Shown here one piece after another: positions 42,101 through 64,000 of a DNA stretch of 64,000 nt (the stretch's first letter is position 1; each line of letters begins with the position of its first letter). The stretch is from Podarcis liolepis (Eukaryota). The translations under genes were made by a program, and so were the position numbers. The stretch lies in the NCBI GenBank assembly GCA_965112155.1, contig OZ218103.1; one strand, 5' to 3'. The notes beneath the pieces are model-generated. The model did not search any database, had not been told where the DNA came from, and worked only from the letters and a program-made list of their open reading frames with translations.

Positions 42101-45100
42101 GAGTGAGCACTGGGATCAGCACCTGCTGGAACCCTTGCCTGAGGATTTGCTCCCTGCCTTAGCCCTGTGTAACCAATGAATAGCTCAGTGAAGGCACGGA
42201 TTAGAACAGGCTGGCTAGTAAGGGATAAGCTCTCAAACTCCTCATGCTGGAGTTGTTTGTACCATGTTGCCCTATCGGAGAATCCCTTCACACCCTTCAA
42301 ACCTTTCTACTATCTCTCAGTCACAACCTGAAATTCTGCATTTGTTACTTACTTTCAAATAGCTCCCCTCTTGTTGAATTGACATGAGCACAGGTCATGG
42401 CTCCCTGTGTGCTGCCTAGAACTGGGTCCAATGAATGGCCTGAGGGCTGCATGTAGCCCTCAAGGCCTGTTTTGTTGGCCCTGGGCAACATTTGACACCC
42501 TCCCCAGCCCTCATGCTGCCTTCCCAAAGCCAGATAAGCAAGGCACTAGGATTAGCGAAGGAGGTGTAAAGGATCTGGCAGGGTCCTAGAGTCCTCCTGT
42601 CTCCTGCCCAAAGCCTAATTGCTGCTTCCCTGGAGTGCTCTAGGACTCTCCCAAAGCCTGTTGTCTCACTTAGCTGGCTTTGGGAAGGCAGGGCAAGGAC
42701 TGGGGGGTGGCATCAATTTTTTGCCTCAGTCTCCTCACTGCACAATACAGTATGTGTTCTCTTGGTTCTGTGTCAAACTACTTTTGTGGTCTACTTGGTA
42801 TGGAAAATTGGACCTCACTGGGCTCTTTAGTCCAGCTTGTTTTTCCTTTTAGGCTTCTATTCATTCCAGCTACTGGGTGGTTTTGTGACCCAGCACTGCC
42901 ACCAACTGGTCTTCTCTTGTCCTTATCCTGGAGATGAACAATTACCTTATGGGTGTACGTTTTCTGCTTCACAGGAACCAAGATTGTGCCATCGCTAAAT
43001 ACAGCCCTCATGTGGTCACCTTTGCACTGAAGGCAAATGCTGGCAATAGTCAGTCTTCATCTGGGAGCAGTGCCCTAATCAGGTAAGACTGAAGTAAGCT
43101 GCAGCCTCCACACAATGAACTTCTGGGTTGTGACTTGTTCTTACCCGGAACACCATGAACTGTATCACCACAGGAGGTCTCAGAATCCAGGACTGATTTT
43201 GTCTGTAGGAAGCCTAACACCACAGAGTGACATATGCCATAGACTTAGCAACCTAGCAGCGATTGGTTCTTTTTGCATCTATGGGCAGTTTGGGACTGAT
43301 CACTATTATCTCATTTGATCCTCATACAAGTTCCAGGAGCGCGGACTTGCAATGAGTTGGCCTCCGTGCTGGTTTCAGTCCCATTGTGGCATTAATCTAG
43401 AAATGTGTTTGTATTATTTATATAGATATGCAAACTATGCATATGTAGAATTAGCAGTGGTGTGCCCACTTAAATTATAAGTCTCCATTTTGGATAGAAC
43501 CTTAATGTTAAGTCAGAGAGGCTGTGAAATTACAGACTCAGCCAGCAAAGATGGGGCAATATCAATGGGGTGGGGTGGGGAGACTCACTGAGCAAGCAGA
43601 AATCTTTGTGCAGGGCTTCCACTGACAGAGATGTAGGTGAATCCCACCCCTAGTATGTTTTCCTTTTATATCTAGTTGAAGAAACCAAGAGCAGGTTGGT
43701 ATGCGGAGGTACAGTCTCTCAAACATCTTGGTGAGGTTCCTGGGCATATCAGCTCCAGTTTCTGTGGTGTTAAGTACCACCTGTAGGTGAGTTTCAGAGT
43801 GAGTTCCCTTCTTTTGGCTGATATGGACTTAAAGGGAGGTATAGACCACATTCTAGTCCATTGGGTGGGGTTAATTTCATAGCCTATATCATGCGCCCAT
43901 TGTTCTTTGATTGCATCAGTGTTGTGGGGATTTACTTTAGTTTGTTTTGGAGAAATGGGTGTGCTGTTGTGGGGATGTTTTCGATGATCCCATGAATTTT
44001 TGTTCCTCTGCAGTTATGGTTGGCATGGCCATCCCTGTTAGAAATCTTCTGATTTCCTGTTCAGGTGGGTTGCGGGAGGTGTATAGGTTGGCACAAAATT
44101 CTGAGGTTATTTCTTTGGTGGTGGATGTTAGCACTACCGTCTTTTATAGTGACACAGTGTATACTTGTTTTGAGTGATTCCCCCCCCCCCCCGCATCTGT
44201 TTGCTAATAGTCTGGAGTTCTTCCCTCCATATTCGTAAAAGCATTGTTTAGAGTATAGGGTGTTAATCATTGTTTTATTGATTTCTGGAGAGTCAATTGC
44301 CCTTCTTTTTTGTTCTATGAATTTAAGGAGTTTTTTTGGCTCCTGTTTGTTTGTAGTGTGATGACAAGGTTGAAATGTCTTGTTCTAATTTACCAATTTT
44401 TGAGGAAGTTTGTTTTTTAAGGGATGTCCTCTCCTTTATGTAAGCTCCTCTGATGACCACTTTCATTGTGTCCCAGAGAAGGGGGGTTGCAACGTCGTCC
44501 ACTTCGTTGTCCTTAAAGTAGTTTTGGAGAGTTTTCAAGAGACTCTCTAGGTAGTTCGTTTGTGGTTAGGATGGGGCTGAAGGATCATGATTGGGTAGTT
44601 TATGCTTCCTCTCCTATTATGAGGGTTGCTTCTACTGGGGCATGGTCTGTGATTTTAATGTTCTGTGTCTGAGTCCTAAGAAGCATGCTAGTTCAGTTTG
44701 ATGAATCCCTGTCCTGTGACAGCCATACAGAGAGGATGGGAGTACAACTCATTGAAAGAGACTAGGGGTCCTGGAAAGAAAATGACTGACACCCCCAACC
44801 AAATTCTGTTACCTGATCCTTGTGCCAGTGTCCCATTCAAACTTTGTTTAGTGCAAGAATGCCCAGTTGCGGGCATCAAGCCCGTCTCGTCACAGGAAAA
44901 TGCAAGTCTCACCCAATTTCTGTTTCCTTAGGCCATTATTCTCCAGAACCGCTAATCTGGAATCCTTCTGTAATAAACTGAATATTGCCCATATCAGTGA
45001 GGTAGCCTCTCAACTTCGGTAAGTTTTTGCTCTATTAGGTTTTTTATTTGCACAAATATTGTAAGAGGGAAGAAGGCACAAGAGGGTTACAGGTATCCGT

Positions 45101-48100
45101 TGCAGGTGTCTGGAAGGCAGATATAACAGAAGGCCTTGTGTCTGAGAACAGTAAACTCACTGCAGAGACAGAAGGGAAGATGGGGATGGCATTGTGTGAA
45201 AATGTGTGCAGATGGACCCAAGCAGCTTGTATTCTACCTTCTAACTCTCCCCATCAGTTGTCTCCCAGTCTGGCCTGTACCACAATCATGAAGACAAGGA
45301 GGGGCAAGAGTCTCTTTCCAAACTTCCTCTGGGTACAGATATAATTTCAATGGCACATTTTGCTCTGTGTAATTGCAAGGAGTGAAGCAGATCAAACAAC
45401 AGTTGTGGCAGAACTTGGTGGGAAAGGCATAGCATAAAAATGTGGGAACCGCAAGAGAAGGTCAAGAAGCAACACAGGAGTGTGGTGTCTAAGCCATACA
45501 TAGTCTTGGCTCCCAGTGCAGTCTCCAGTGGGGAACACACAAAGGGCTTTGTAAAGATTCTGCCATCTTGTGCCACTGGGCATCCTGCATATTCCAGGCA
45601 GTATGTATAGTTATTGAAGGGAGCTTGCTAAAGTCCACCCCCAGAAATGCCAGAAAGTGTTCACCAGCCAGGAACTCTGAACAAGGAGAGCAGCAGAGTA
45701 CAAAACAAGGTTTAGAAACACTGTCGGCATTAGAGATACTTGTGCCTAGTTACGAACTACTTCAAAGTAGTGTGGCTTTCTCTTCTCATCCCTAGCAACA
45801 TGAACTGCCACTGCAAGCAGATGGTGGCTATCCTCACATCTAACTTTCATTTGAATTGCCAGCCCCTACATTGGGAATGTAAACAAAAAGTGAGGAAGAT
45901 GTGGAGACACCAAGTCTGCAGTGCTGGCAATTGCTTTCTGTCCCAAATGTGTCACCTCCTTTGGGTCTCACTGGCTGTACTATTTTTCCTAGAACCTTGC
46001 TAGAGGATGAGTGCTGTGATCTGGAAAGATACATCCCCTATTTGCAGGTAAGGAATAAACCCTTCGCATCTCAAGGAGGGTCTCTAGAGTTCCTCATAAG
46101 CAGTGTTTCTCCCATGCACTTCCAAGGATCTGCTTCAAGTTTTGGCCAATAGGTCTGTGAGACTGGTTTTTGTTGCAGCTTAGGTGGAGCATCCGTGGCA
46201 ACATTTCCTCAGCCCTTCTAGACTATTGTGTAAGAACAGAGACAAGGCGCTGTGGGATCTGGCCAAAGCCCCATCTAGTCTAGCACCCTGTTTTCACAGA
46301 TGCTTATAGTAAATTTGCATGCAGGATATCCCCACAGCAAGTCATCTGAGCTGCCACCCATCCCTATATCTCATGGGGGCAAATTCCATAGTTACTTTTG
46401 TTTGTCCTGAATGTTGCAACCATCTTCTGCATTGGATGGACCCAAGTTCTAGTATTACTGCTCTCATGTCTTCCCTCCTGCCCATGTACATAGGAGCTTG
46501 GTCTCAGAGATGTATCGACAAAGCTGTTCCCATGGCTATGGCAGCCTGGGTTAGAACAGAGTGTGGGCAGGCCTTGGGACAGAACTCTTGAGTTCATCAA
46601 GAGAGGAGTGACAAGGGTGTTTGGCTTCCATACCAGTTCTACAACTGCCCAAATAGCTAGCTTTTTTGTCTCCTTCCCAAATCTGGGGGACAGGGAGGGG
46701 CTGAGGAAAGATGTGAGTGGCAGGAAAACTGTTATGATGATTTGGATGTGAAAACACTATCACATTGGGCTGCAGGACTGCTGCAAGAGTACTTCCTGTC
46801 ACCACTGTCTGATGATGATGATGATTAATTATTAAAAAACACACCTTTGCAGCAGTACACCCATAGTGCTGAGAGCTGCCAAGTTATGAAATCACAGTGA
46901 CTTGTGACTGCGGAATCAGGGTCAAAAGCTGGAATGATCATCTAATCCTAATGATAATCTACTCCAGCCTCCGGCAATGTAGGCTATTCACTGCTAGAGC
47001 ATCCCTGAGAAGTGGCCATTTAGCCTCTGCTTAATAGGCTCTCATTTGTTAGAGGTTTTTAAGTCAGCCCACTAAGTTTCTAAGTCAACAACCTGACAGA
47101 CTATTTTCCAGAAGAATATGAAACGAACGTCATCAGCTAAAGGGACTGGATATGCTGGTGCCTATCCATTAGCTTTCTGCAGTGACTGGGGCAACTAGAA
47201 GGCTAGGAGGAAAAATAAGATATTTAATATGGGAAGACTTTCCAACACGAGGAAAACCTTTGAGCAGAGACATGTACATCTTTAAGAGAAATGGTATAGT
47301 TGAAGAAGCAGCTTCTGTGTTGTGTTTCCTATAGCATTTTTCATGTTCCACAGTGCCAACTGGAGGAGGCGCATCACCATGCTGCAGAGCTGCTAGAGGC
47401 AACACATGAGCCCACCATGGCTGGTATGCAGAACCCGAGTCTCGGATAAGGCCATGCTGGGAATTGGGGAAGGGATGCAGCATCATGGTACCTATAGCCA
47501 TCATCTTTAGGCAGGTGTTGCCAAGGAGTGGCATTTGCAATGGGGCATGGTCTCTTTGTGAGTGCCAGCCCCAATGCTCTTCATGATTGTTGCTTCCCCC
47601 AATCCCCATGAAATAGGGTCTTATCTCCACAGAATTACAAGAGGAGAAGCGCGCCATGGAACGGGATTTGCAGCTAAGCCAACCTAAGCCAGGCACCAGT
47701 CCTTCCCTGATATCGAAACATCTTGGGAGTAGCAGCTACCAGCCGCAATTCAGGTGAGCCTGCAAGCACCAAAGCTATGATACCATGAAGCTGCATAATA
47801 TTATAACTGAGGGGTAGCTGTCAAACTGGCGCCTGCAGCAGAGAGGTGCAAGCATAGTTTAGGGTTGGTTTATTATTCTGTGGCAGGGGTCACCAACGCG
47901 GTGCCCTCCAAGTGGGGCTGTTGGGAGTCTAACATCTAGAGGGGGCATCTTGCTGGCACTTTGTGCTGTATGATCTCTAGCATACCTGCCATATTTTAAG
48001 TAAAAATTATGGAGTTCTGTGCAGGACCCATTAGTTCTGCTGTAGAGACTAAGGCTCTTCTGTCCTTGACGCTTTACATGGAAAGATGCTTGGGCAACAC

Positions 48101-48508
48101 CTCCTGCTTCTTGGTAACCCCTTCCTTTCCTTTCACAGTGGCTTAAGAGGCTCGGCAAAAGGACCAAGCTTTGGAGAGATCAGTCCTGCTTCTTCACCAA
48201 CTCTCAGAGACCAGACTTCTCCTTTATGCCATCAGGCACTACCCCGGCGGGGCCACTCAGCACGAGGGTCCTATGGATGGTCGCAGCGAGATGTTGAGGA
48301 ACCCAACCAAGCCAGGAAGGACATTGATGTTCTGTTGCCCAGACCTGTGCTGGCAGTGCCTCTGAAAGGGGGCAGGATTGCTTCGGCCTGCGGGCTGGCA
48401 GTAGCAGGGTTGGACCATGTCTTCCACCCCACGCCTCCTACAGAACCATGCCCAGTGCCCCGCTTCTGCCCTCGCACTCGGCTGCTGCGATGCAAAGGAC
48501 CCAGCTAG
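39117..48508 (+). CDS. CCDC24: Coiled-coil domain-containing protein 24 (383 aa)
   Basis: Exons 39117-39272, 41040-41224, 42975-43082, 44932-45018, 45993-46047, 47354-47423, 47633-47753, 48139-48508 (1152 nt, open frame). Motifs PSLWTMIEEQL..SERLEAKAILG..LVERSLELHAEV, LLAAPPNLKELVREEIRLLL, KYSPHVVTFAL, LLEDECCDLER and EPTMAELQEEKRAMERDLQ match CCDC24. Position between B4GALT2 and SLC6A9 fits the known synteny. Confidence 0.88.
43690..44680 (-). mobile_element. LINE-1 ORF2 fragment, internally deleted, in a CCDC24 intron
   Basis: Minus-strand peptides LLWDTMKVVIRGAYI, FYEYGGKNSRLLAN, EITSEF..NLYTS and KLTYRWYLTPQKL...CLRDC are typical of L1 ORF2. Frameshifted. Confidence 0.8.
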
Positions 48509-49849
48509 GGAATGGAGAGCTGCCGCCTTCCCTTAAGTACCTCATTTCCTACTCCCATGCTGCAGGGTCTTCAAGGGACCCAGCCCTGCAGCATCCTGTG
48601 CCTCAAGAGTTTCTGCTGTTGCCTTTTGCTCATCCTTGTGAACAGGGTCAATGGGATTCCAGGGAAAGCGAAAGGCAAAGAAATGCATACACACAACCTC
48701 CCCCAACCCATGAATGCAGATAAACTACTTGCAAGTGGGACCCATGCCAGTGAGATGCTTCTTCTCCTTCTTGTCCACAACACAGAGCAGTGGGCCTTGT
48801 GGCAGTGAGGCTGTGAACCCAACCCACACCTTCCCCATTCCTCCACGCACACCAAAGAACTGTACCACCCAAGGTTCAGGAATATAAATTTCATTAAAAT
48901 CTATCAGACTTTAAAAATCTACAACTGGAAGAGTCACAGTATGGGAGACGTGTCACAATTATTGCTATGAACAATGAGGCGGCAATGCTAGCTGCCGCCT
49001 TCGACACAGGAGGAAAGGACAGACACGGAACCATGCATTAAATAGTGCAGCCTCGGCGGAGAGGAGGGAAGGTCTGGGGGCTGTCGGCTTAGGGCAAAAG
49101 TACCATCATGGCATGGAGCCATCTGTCCCCCCTCTCCCTCTTAACTGCTCATGATGCAGACGTTTGGCACTTGAACGCTGGCTGCTATGCCCATGCCACC
49201 GGCTGGAACAGGTACCACATGGGTAGGAGCCAGGTGTGCCCTTGCTGTTGGCACCATGGCTACACTGCAGCAATCGTGCACAGCTGGGAGCTGAGGGGCG
49301 CCCCCCCCCCCGACATGCACTGTTTGGCATTGGTTAAGTGAATTGGCATCAGGGTACAAGACAGGATTGTGGCTGCCGGGGTCTCCTGTCTCCTTCACCC
49401 AGGCATTTCTAGGGGGTAAAGTGCAGGCAGCAACACTGACATGGAAACACGGGACGGTGAGGCCGAAAGACGGAACCATTAGTACCTCCTACCCACCTGA
49501 GGCAGATCAGGCCCTGCTTTGTGTTAGGGAGAAAAGCCTTGGAGTTGGAGACGGGGCTGGTGCCTATGGCCAACTTCTCCAAAGCTTCACCATGAAGCTA
49601 GCAGCTTCTGCCCCCACTACTAGTGGAGAAGTGGGCCACATGGAACCCAGGCCTGGCCAGGATAGCCTTTAGGGAAGCTTGTGCTTTTGCTCTGTGTGTG
49701 TGTGTCTTTCCCACCTGCAATGGTGTGGGCAGGACTTGGCACATCATCTGCTCTTAGCACCATGGTTGGCTCTGTCCCTTTCCCTGTGGGATAGGGCAGA
49801 GCTAGGTCCCAATGGTCTCTTGCCTTTGTGGAGACCCCATTCAAATTAA

Positions 49850-49855
49850 TTTATT
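49850..49855 (-). terminator. Candidate proximal poly(A) signal of SLC6A9
   Basis: AATAAA on the minus strand about 1.2 kb after the stop. Confidence 0.45.
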
Positions 49856-51051
49856 CCTCTTAGGGAAAGAGTGTAGAAAAGTGCTTCAGAATAACAGGCT
49901 TGGGGGAGCATCCAGAAGATGCTGTCTAGACCAAGAATGCACACCTGGGCAAAATCTGTCCAGTGGGCTGCATGTGCTGCCCAGTGTTTGTGGCGCTGCC
50001 CGAGATGTCTATCATGGTAATACGGTGCATCCAGCCTCTCAGCTGTCGCTTTTTCTATTTGTGAGAGATGCTGTTTGCTTATGTTTCACTCTGCAGGTGT
50101 GCGATTCTGGATGGTGTGCAAATAAGGCTCAATATTAAGATCAGAAGGGAGACAAGTGCATACTTTTGTTCATGGAGTTGTCATCCTCCCATGCTCTTGC
50201 AACCCAATTAAGGAGAGCTCTCCTGCCCCCTACCCACCCACCGCAGTCATTAACCTGCCAAATTCAATACATAGTTTCTAGCAGGAACGTTTCGTATCAT
50301 GGGAGGCCATGGCGAGAAGTGCAAATTGTTAAGTGCTGGGGAAGCTAGCTTTCCTTTCCTAGGTGGGGAAGCTGGGAAGGTCTGTGCAGTGGTTGGGGGG
50401 GGGGAGGTGCAGTCTTAAGTGCATCTCTGGAAAAGCCCTCGCAGGGGCAGCAGCCTAGCTGAAGGCTGCCTAGCCTGTGGCCAAGCGATGCCTAGAATGT
50501 CAGGATTAACATTTACAATTACAACCAACTCTCTTGCCCTCCCCCTCCCCCCACCCCAACCCCCCATTTGCTTATCTGTGGGGCCAGTCCCCAGGGCCCT
50601 GATCCAGGGCAGTATGGGGCATACCACCCCCAATAGATACCAGACCCCCTGGGCCCAGGTGCAGCTGCCAGAATCCACCCCCAAAGGGGTTGCTGAGCCA
50701 GCGAGGCTCCAACCGACCCTCCTCCTGGTGCCTTTTCCCAAGGCACCCCCAACGGTTCAGCCAGTGCACACCCTCCCCACCCCTGACCCTGGTCCTGGTT
50801 GCGAATTGGGGCCATCCGAACGTGACTGTAAACATGAGGGTTACAAGATGGCACGGGGGCACTAATGAGGTGGGTGGGGTTGGAACTCACAGCCCCTCCC
50901 CCAGAGTCCGGCGCAGCCCGGGAGCCAGGGCTCCCCCACCCAGTGGGGGGACGCTGTCATATATCTGAGCAGAGTAGGGTTTGGAGAACCAGGGCAGGTG
51001 GGAGAGGGGAGGTGCAAGGAGGGCTCCCTGCCCTGCCTCCCAGGCTCATGT

Positions 51052-59884
<8,833 letters not shown>

Positions 59885-60064
59885 CTGCCAGAAGAGGACA
59901 GTCAGTTATTGCAGGTAGGGGAATGGCAAGAGGGTGGGCGGAGGTAAGTTATCCTGTTCCATCCTTCTGGGTCTCCCCTACTGTCGGTCCTGTAAGGTCT
60001 TCCCACAAAAAGAGGGGCTTTAGAAAGGGCAACAGGCAGATAACAAAACAAGTCATATGGATGG

Positions 60065-60074
60065 ACACACACAC

Positions 60075-60108
<34 letters not shown>
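60065..60108. repeat. (CA)n microsatellite
   Basis: About 21 CA units with one interruption. Confidence 0.95.
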
Positions 60109-60112
<4 letters not shown>

Positions 60113-60644
60113 CTGCAACTTTGGATGCTTGCGCTGCTGGTGGTTTAAAGTCACTCCCCTTCCCCAGCTGGAGGCAAAGCAGGCAGGGGGCGGAGAGTTT
60201 GATTATGCTAAGGGGGCTGCTACCCCCTGCCTGCCCAGATGAATAGTCCTGGGTCAGGCTGTAGGGAAGCTGGCAGCTGCAGCCCATACAAAGCAGGCAT
60301 AAGAGGAGTCAGCACAAAGGAGCCTCTGTGCCTGTTCCCTCTGCCTGCCTACTGATGGAGCACAAGAGGCCACAGGAAAGGCAAGCAGATCCCTTTACTC
60401 ACTGGCAGGGAGCCCATCAGGGCATCAGAAAAGCTCTGCTGGACCACACCAAGCCCCACCTAACCCAGTATACTGCTTCCATCAGTGGCTAGCACAATTG
60501 CTTTGGGAAGCCCACAAGCCGGGAGGGGGGCTTCATAAAGATACTTGTTGTTTTGTCCCTGGCACCTGATATTTACAGATTTATCTGAATGATTTATGTC
60601 ATTACTTCATGAATGAACTCTCCATGTGGAGGTTTCATTTAAGC

Positions 60645-61271
60645 CAGAGGTTTTCAACCTTCTTGAGTCCATGGCTCCCTTGACCAACTACGTTCTTTCT
60701 GCGGCACCCCCGTGGGGCTCAGGAGCCCAGTTATGTCACCTTGCTTGCAGAGCCGGCAGCCTCACACCCTTTTTCGAACACCCCCCCCCCTTGTGGAGTG
60801 TTCCCTCAGCCTCCTCTCCGCTTCCCTCTCCTTGGGAGTCCTCCATTGGGAGGCAGCAGCAGGAGCCGCTGGGCCTGCATGGCAGAAAGGCTTCCCTTCA
60901 GCACAGGGCACTCAGATCCCAGCGCAGCACCTGCCTGCCTGCCCGGCCTCCCAATTGTCTGTCCATTCCCAACAGCAAGGGCTGGCGGACTGGCTGGCTG
61001 GGCTCCCTCATCCACTTGCTTGCTTACTCTGAAGCTGCCTCAGCTCCTGGCAACCAACACCTCCTGGCCAGCCCCACAGGCACCAGTTGCCTGGGGAGCT
61101 TGTAGCCAGGGCTTCAACAAACAGCTATGCAAGCCTTTGGGAGGTAGATATGGGAGGGCATCAGAGGAGGGAGGGAAGGAAAGAGGGACAGAGGCCAGTG
61201 TTGCCCGCAGCACCCCTGACCATCATTCAAGGCACCACTGGGTGCCACGGCACACTGGTTAGAAACCACTG
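60645..61271. mobile_element. Non-autonomous hAT element
   Basis: Termini CAGAGGTTTTCAACC / GGTTAGAAACCACTG and an exact 8-bp TSD ATTTAAGC at 60637 and 61272. Confidence 0.8.
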
Positions 61272-61418
61272 ATTTAAGCCATTAAGCTGTTGAGACTTTG
61301 CATCCTGTAATTATTTATCGCCCTTTACAAAGCCCTATAAGCCAGTGACCATAACTGTATCCTGTGACAGGGAGTGCCCAATGTTAACTATGTTTTGTGT
61401 GAAGAAGGAACAGAAATA

Positions 61419-61660
61419 CAGTGGTACCTCTGGTTAAGAACTTAATTCGTTCCGGAGGTCTGTTCTTAACCTGAAACTGTTCTTAACCTGAGGTACCACT
61501 TTAGCTAATGGGGCCTTCTGCTGCCACCACGCCGCCGCCACACAATTTCTGTTCTCAACCTGAAGCAAAGTTCTTAACCCGAGGTACTATTTCTGGGTTA
61601 GCAAAGTCTGTAACCTGAAGCTTCTGTAACCTGAAGCGTCTGTAACCTGAGGTACCACTG
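61419..61660. mobile_element. Tigger/mariner-type MITE
   Basis: TIR CAGTGGTACCTC / GAGGTACCACTG with TA duplication and internal repeated taacctgaag motifs. Confidence 0.85.
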
Positions 61661-64000
61661 TATACCCGTGCTTGTTCCTGGCAATCTCAGGAGGAAAACT
61701 GGATCCTCTCTTTGGCCCTTGGTAGCAAATTCAGAATATGCCCATTAAGCGTAGAGTCTATGGATGTTTACATGGCATCACTAAATTGCCTTTTTATAGA
61801 TGTTAACTCCCTTCTGTACTCACAATAAAAGTGGGGAAATGACTATATCTGACCTTTCAGCACATAAGTGAGAGCTGTTCTATTAAGAACATATAATGGT
61901 ACACGGACTACAGGCAACTCCCCTTTTGCATGGGGATTGAGTTCCGGGTCATTGCGCATGACAGCAGTCACACGTAGGACCGTTCCACCCCTGCCCCATC
62001 TGGGGCCCAAAAACAACATGTGCACCAGCAAATTTGGGTTGCACAGTTATAACTTGCGTGACAAGCCAGCTTCTTCCCTGTAAGACTGGAAACTGGTGGG
62101 GAGAATGCACTAGAGAGTGAACGGCAGGTAAAGAAACACTTGCAATGTCATCTAATCTCCCCAAAAACAATTCCAAACCAATGGTCATTAAATAGCCAAT
62201 GTTATCTCTCTGCAAACAAATCAGGGCGAATGCTTAGTAAACAGGTCATCTGGAAGGAAGTGCCCACGGTGTGTCTATCTGTGACAGCTCAGGAAGGCTG
62301 TTATTGGCTGTAGTAAAAGGACATCGCCAGGAGAGGGAGCCTCAGTCCTCCTTAATCATACCTAGTCCTTTAAGGTCTGTCAGAGAAAATAAATGGTACT
62401 AAACAATCTTGGCCCATCACCCTAGAGTTCCCCTTCCGAATGCGTCCATTGCTAGCCCAAGCCTTAGACATGCCCCTAATTTCTCTATTCCCTAAGGGGC
62501 AGGGGGAGGAACAGAGGCTACTTGCCGCAGCGTTGACAGAGCCAAGGTCTGAGCTACCTTTGGAACAGTACGACTTCCATGTGGCTGGAAGCACTCAGCC
62601 CCACACAGAAGAAGCCCAAGCACCACACAGGACAGGATGCTGTCATCAAGCGTAGCCGCTTTCCGCAGGACAAAAATGGAGCTTTTGTGCATCTAGCTCC
62701 ATCCTGGCACCACCAGTTCCCTGTACTGCCCAAGGATAACAATGGCAGCCTTCAGATCAAAGGAACGGGAGATGTGCTGTGTCAACAACAAAGCCTGGCT
62801 TCTCTTCCCTTAGAGCGGATGGGGCACATCTGGTCATGCTCTGGAGCAATATTTCTCTGGCGGCTACTGCCTGTACCTTGCCCCCTCCTCCTACTGAGAG
62901 ATGGGACATCACCTGAAGATGCTTCTGGGTTCAGTTCTCCCGCATGAGATTTAAGTGATCGTTAGTTCGCTTGCCTACCTACTTGAGGGGTAAATCAGAA
63001 TTTGAAGTAAGTTGGGTCAGCAATTTGCAAAGACTCTTCTCTGTCAACTGCCACTTGTAAAATTATTAACATCTTATTAAGAAAATTTCAGTTATAGAGA
63101 AAATAAAGTGATAAAAGAGAAGGGAGAGAGAGAAGCACAAATAAAAAAGCAAAAAAAATAAAACATAAGAAAAGACATAGGATACACTAAATATAATCAG
63201 TTACACTACCATACATTATTATATAGATATATCAGTACTATTATTGTCCAAATACATATATGATTATTAATAATCTACTATGTTCTGTATAATCTCATTC
63301 CAAATGTCAATATATTTCACCTATTATTCATAAGCAATTAAATAAACCATGACAGAGCTGTTTCTTTCCAGTTGAAGGAGTGATCTGTCAATAAGCAAGG
63401 ATTGGGAGCAAGGCATTGCAGCTGGCGCATCCTAGAATCCCTTGGTTATACGGATGGATGATCAGCCCTGTGCTAGCAGCTTTTGCATCTTGACTTTTTA
63501 AATCAGGGGCAGGGAAACTTGTGGCCCTCCAGACACTGCAGGGCCGAAATTCCCACCATCCTCAACCAGGGATGCTGGGGTTTGTAGTTCAGCCACAGGT
63601 TTCCCCAACCCTGGGTTTAAACCTCCCCAACCAAATGCTGCTGCTTCTCATGAGAGCCTAAAGCATTTCCTTTTATCTTCTGAGAAACTCACATTGGCTC
63701 CTGTGGTTTGCACCTCACACCCTGCCAATGACCCCTCCAGTTGCTGGTGTGTTAGGAAGAGGGTGCTGCACTTGAGTGCTTATGAGAGAGCTCAGCTTTA
63801 CTACAGGAAGGGAGAAAAGAGGGTATTGTAAAGAAAAAGTGGGTGCCCTAGGAAAGAAGCACTTGGCCTCTGTGGGCCCTCCTGTTCATGGCTGGCCCCT
63901 GCCCCATGTTCCAGGATGCTTTGCTGGGGAGGATGTTGCTCCCTGAGCCCCACTACTTCTCAGGAGCTCCGAGATGAACAGGCTGCCAGCAGGAGCATTT

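Noticed and set aside
59885-64000. Alternative GlyT1 b/c-type N-terminal exons
   Set aside because: No convincing exon matching known GlyT1 N-termini could be identified by eye.

Overview
Vertebrate genomic DNA, probably from a lacertid lizard, judged by Sauria/Squam-type SINEs and squamate MITEs. The window carries the syntenic block ATP6V0B(+, exons 2-8) - B4GALT2(+, complete) - CCDC24(+, complete) - SLC6A9/GlyT1(-, all but the first coding exon). All exon chains were rebuilt by hand from splice sites and keep an open reading frame. The main finding is an intact 3-exon minus-strand gene between B4GALT2 and CCDC24. It encodes a secreted protein of 211-221 aa with two VWC domains and a 6-Cys tail of the Brorin (VWC2/VWC2L) type. 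It looks like a third, divergent Brorin-family paralogue with no counterpart that I know of at the human locus, and it shares a CpG-island promoter head-to-head with CCDC24. Other points of note: a frame-required GC-AG intron in SLC6A9; interlocked opposite-strand poly(A) hexamers where CCDC24 and SLC6A9 meet; miR-96/137/7/30 seed sites split by a proximal poly(A) signal in the SLC6A9 3'UTR; an RFX X-box; and several TE insertions with clear target-site duplications. No prokaryotic-type systems such as CRISPR are present. Homology calls come from recalled family sequences; no database search was run.
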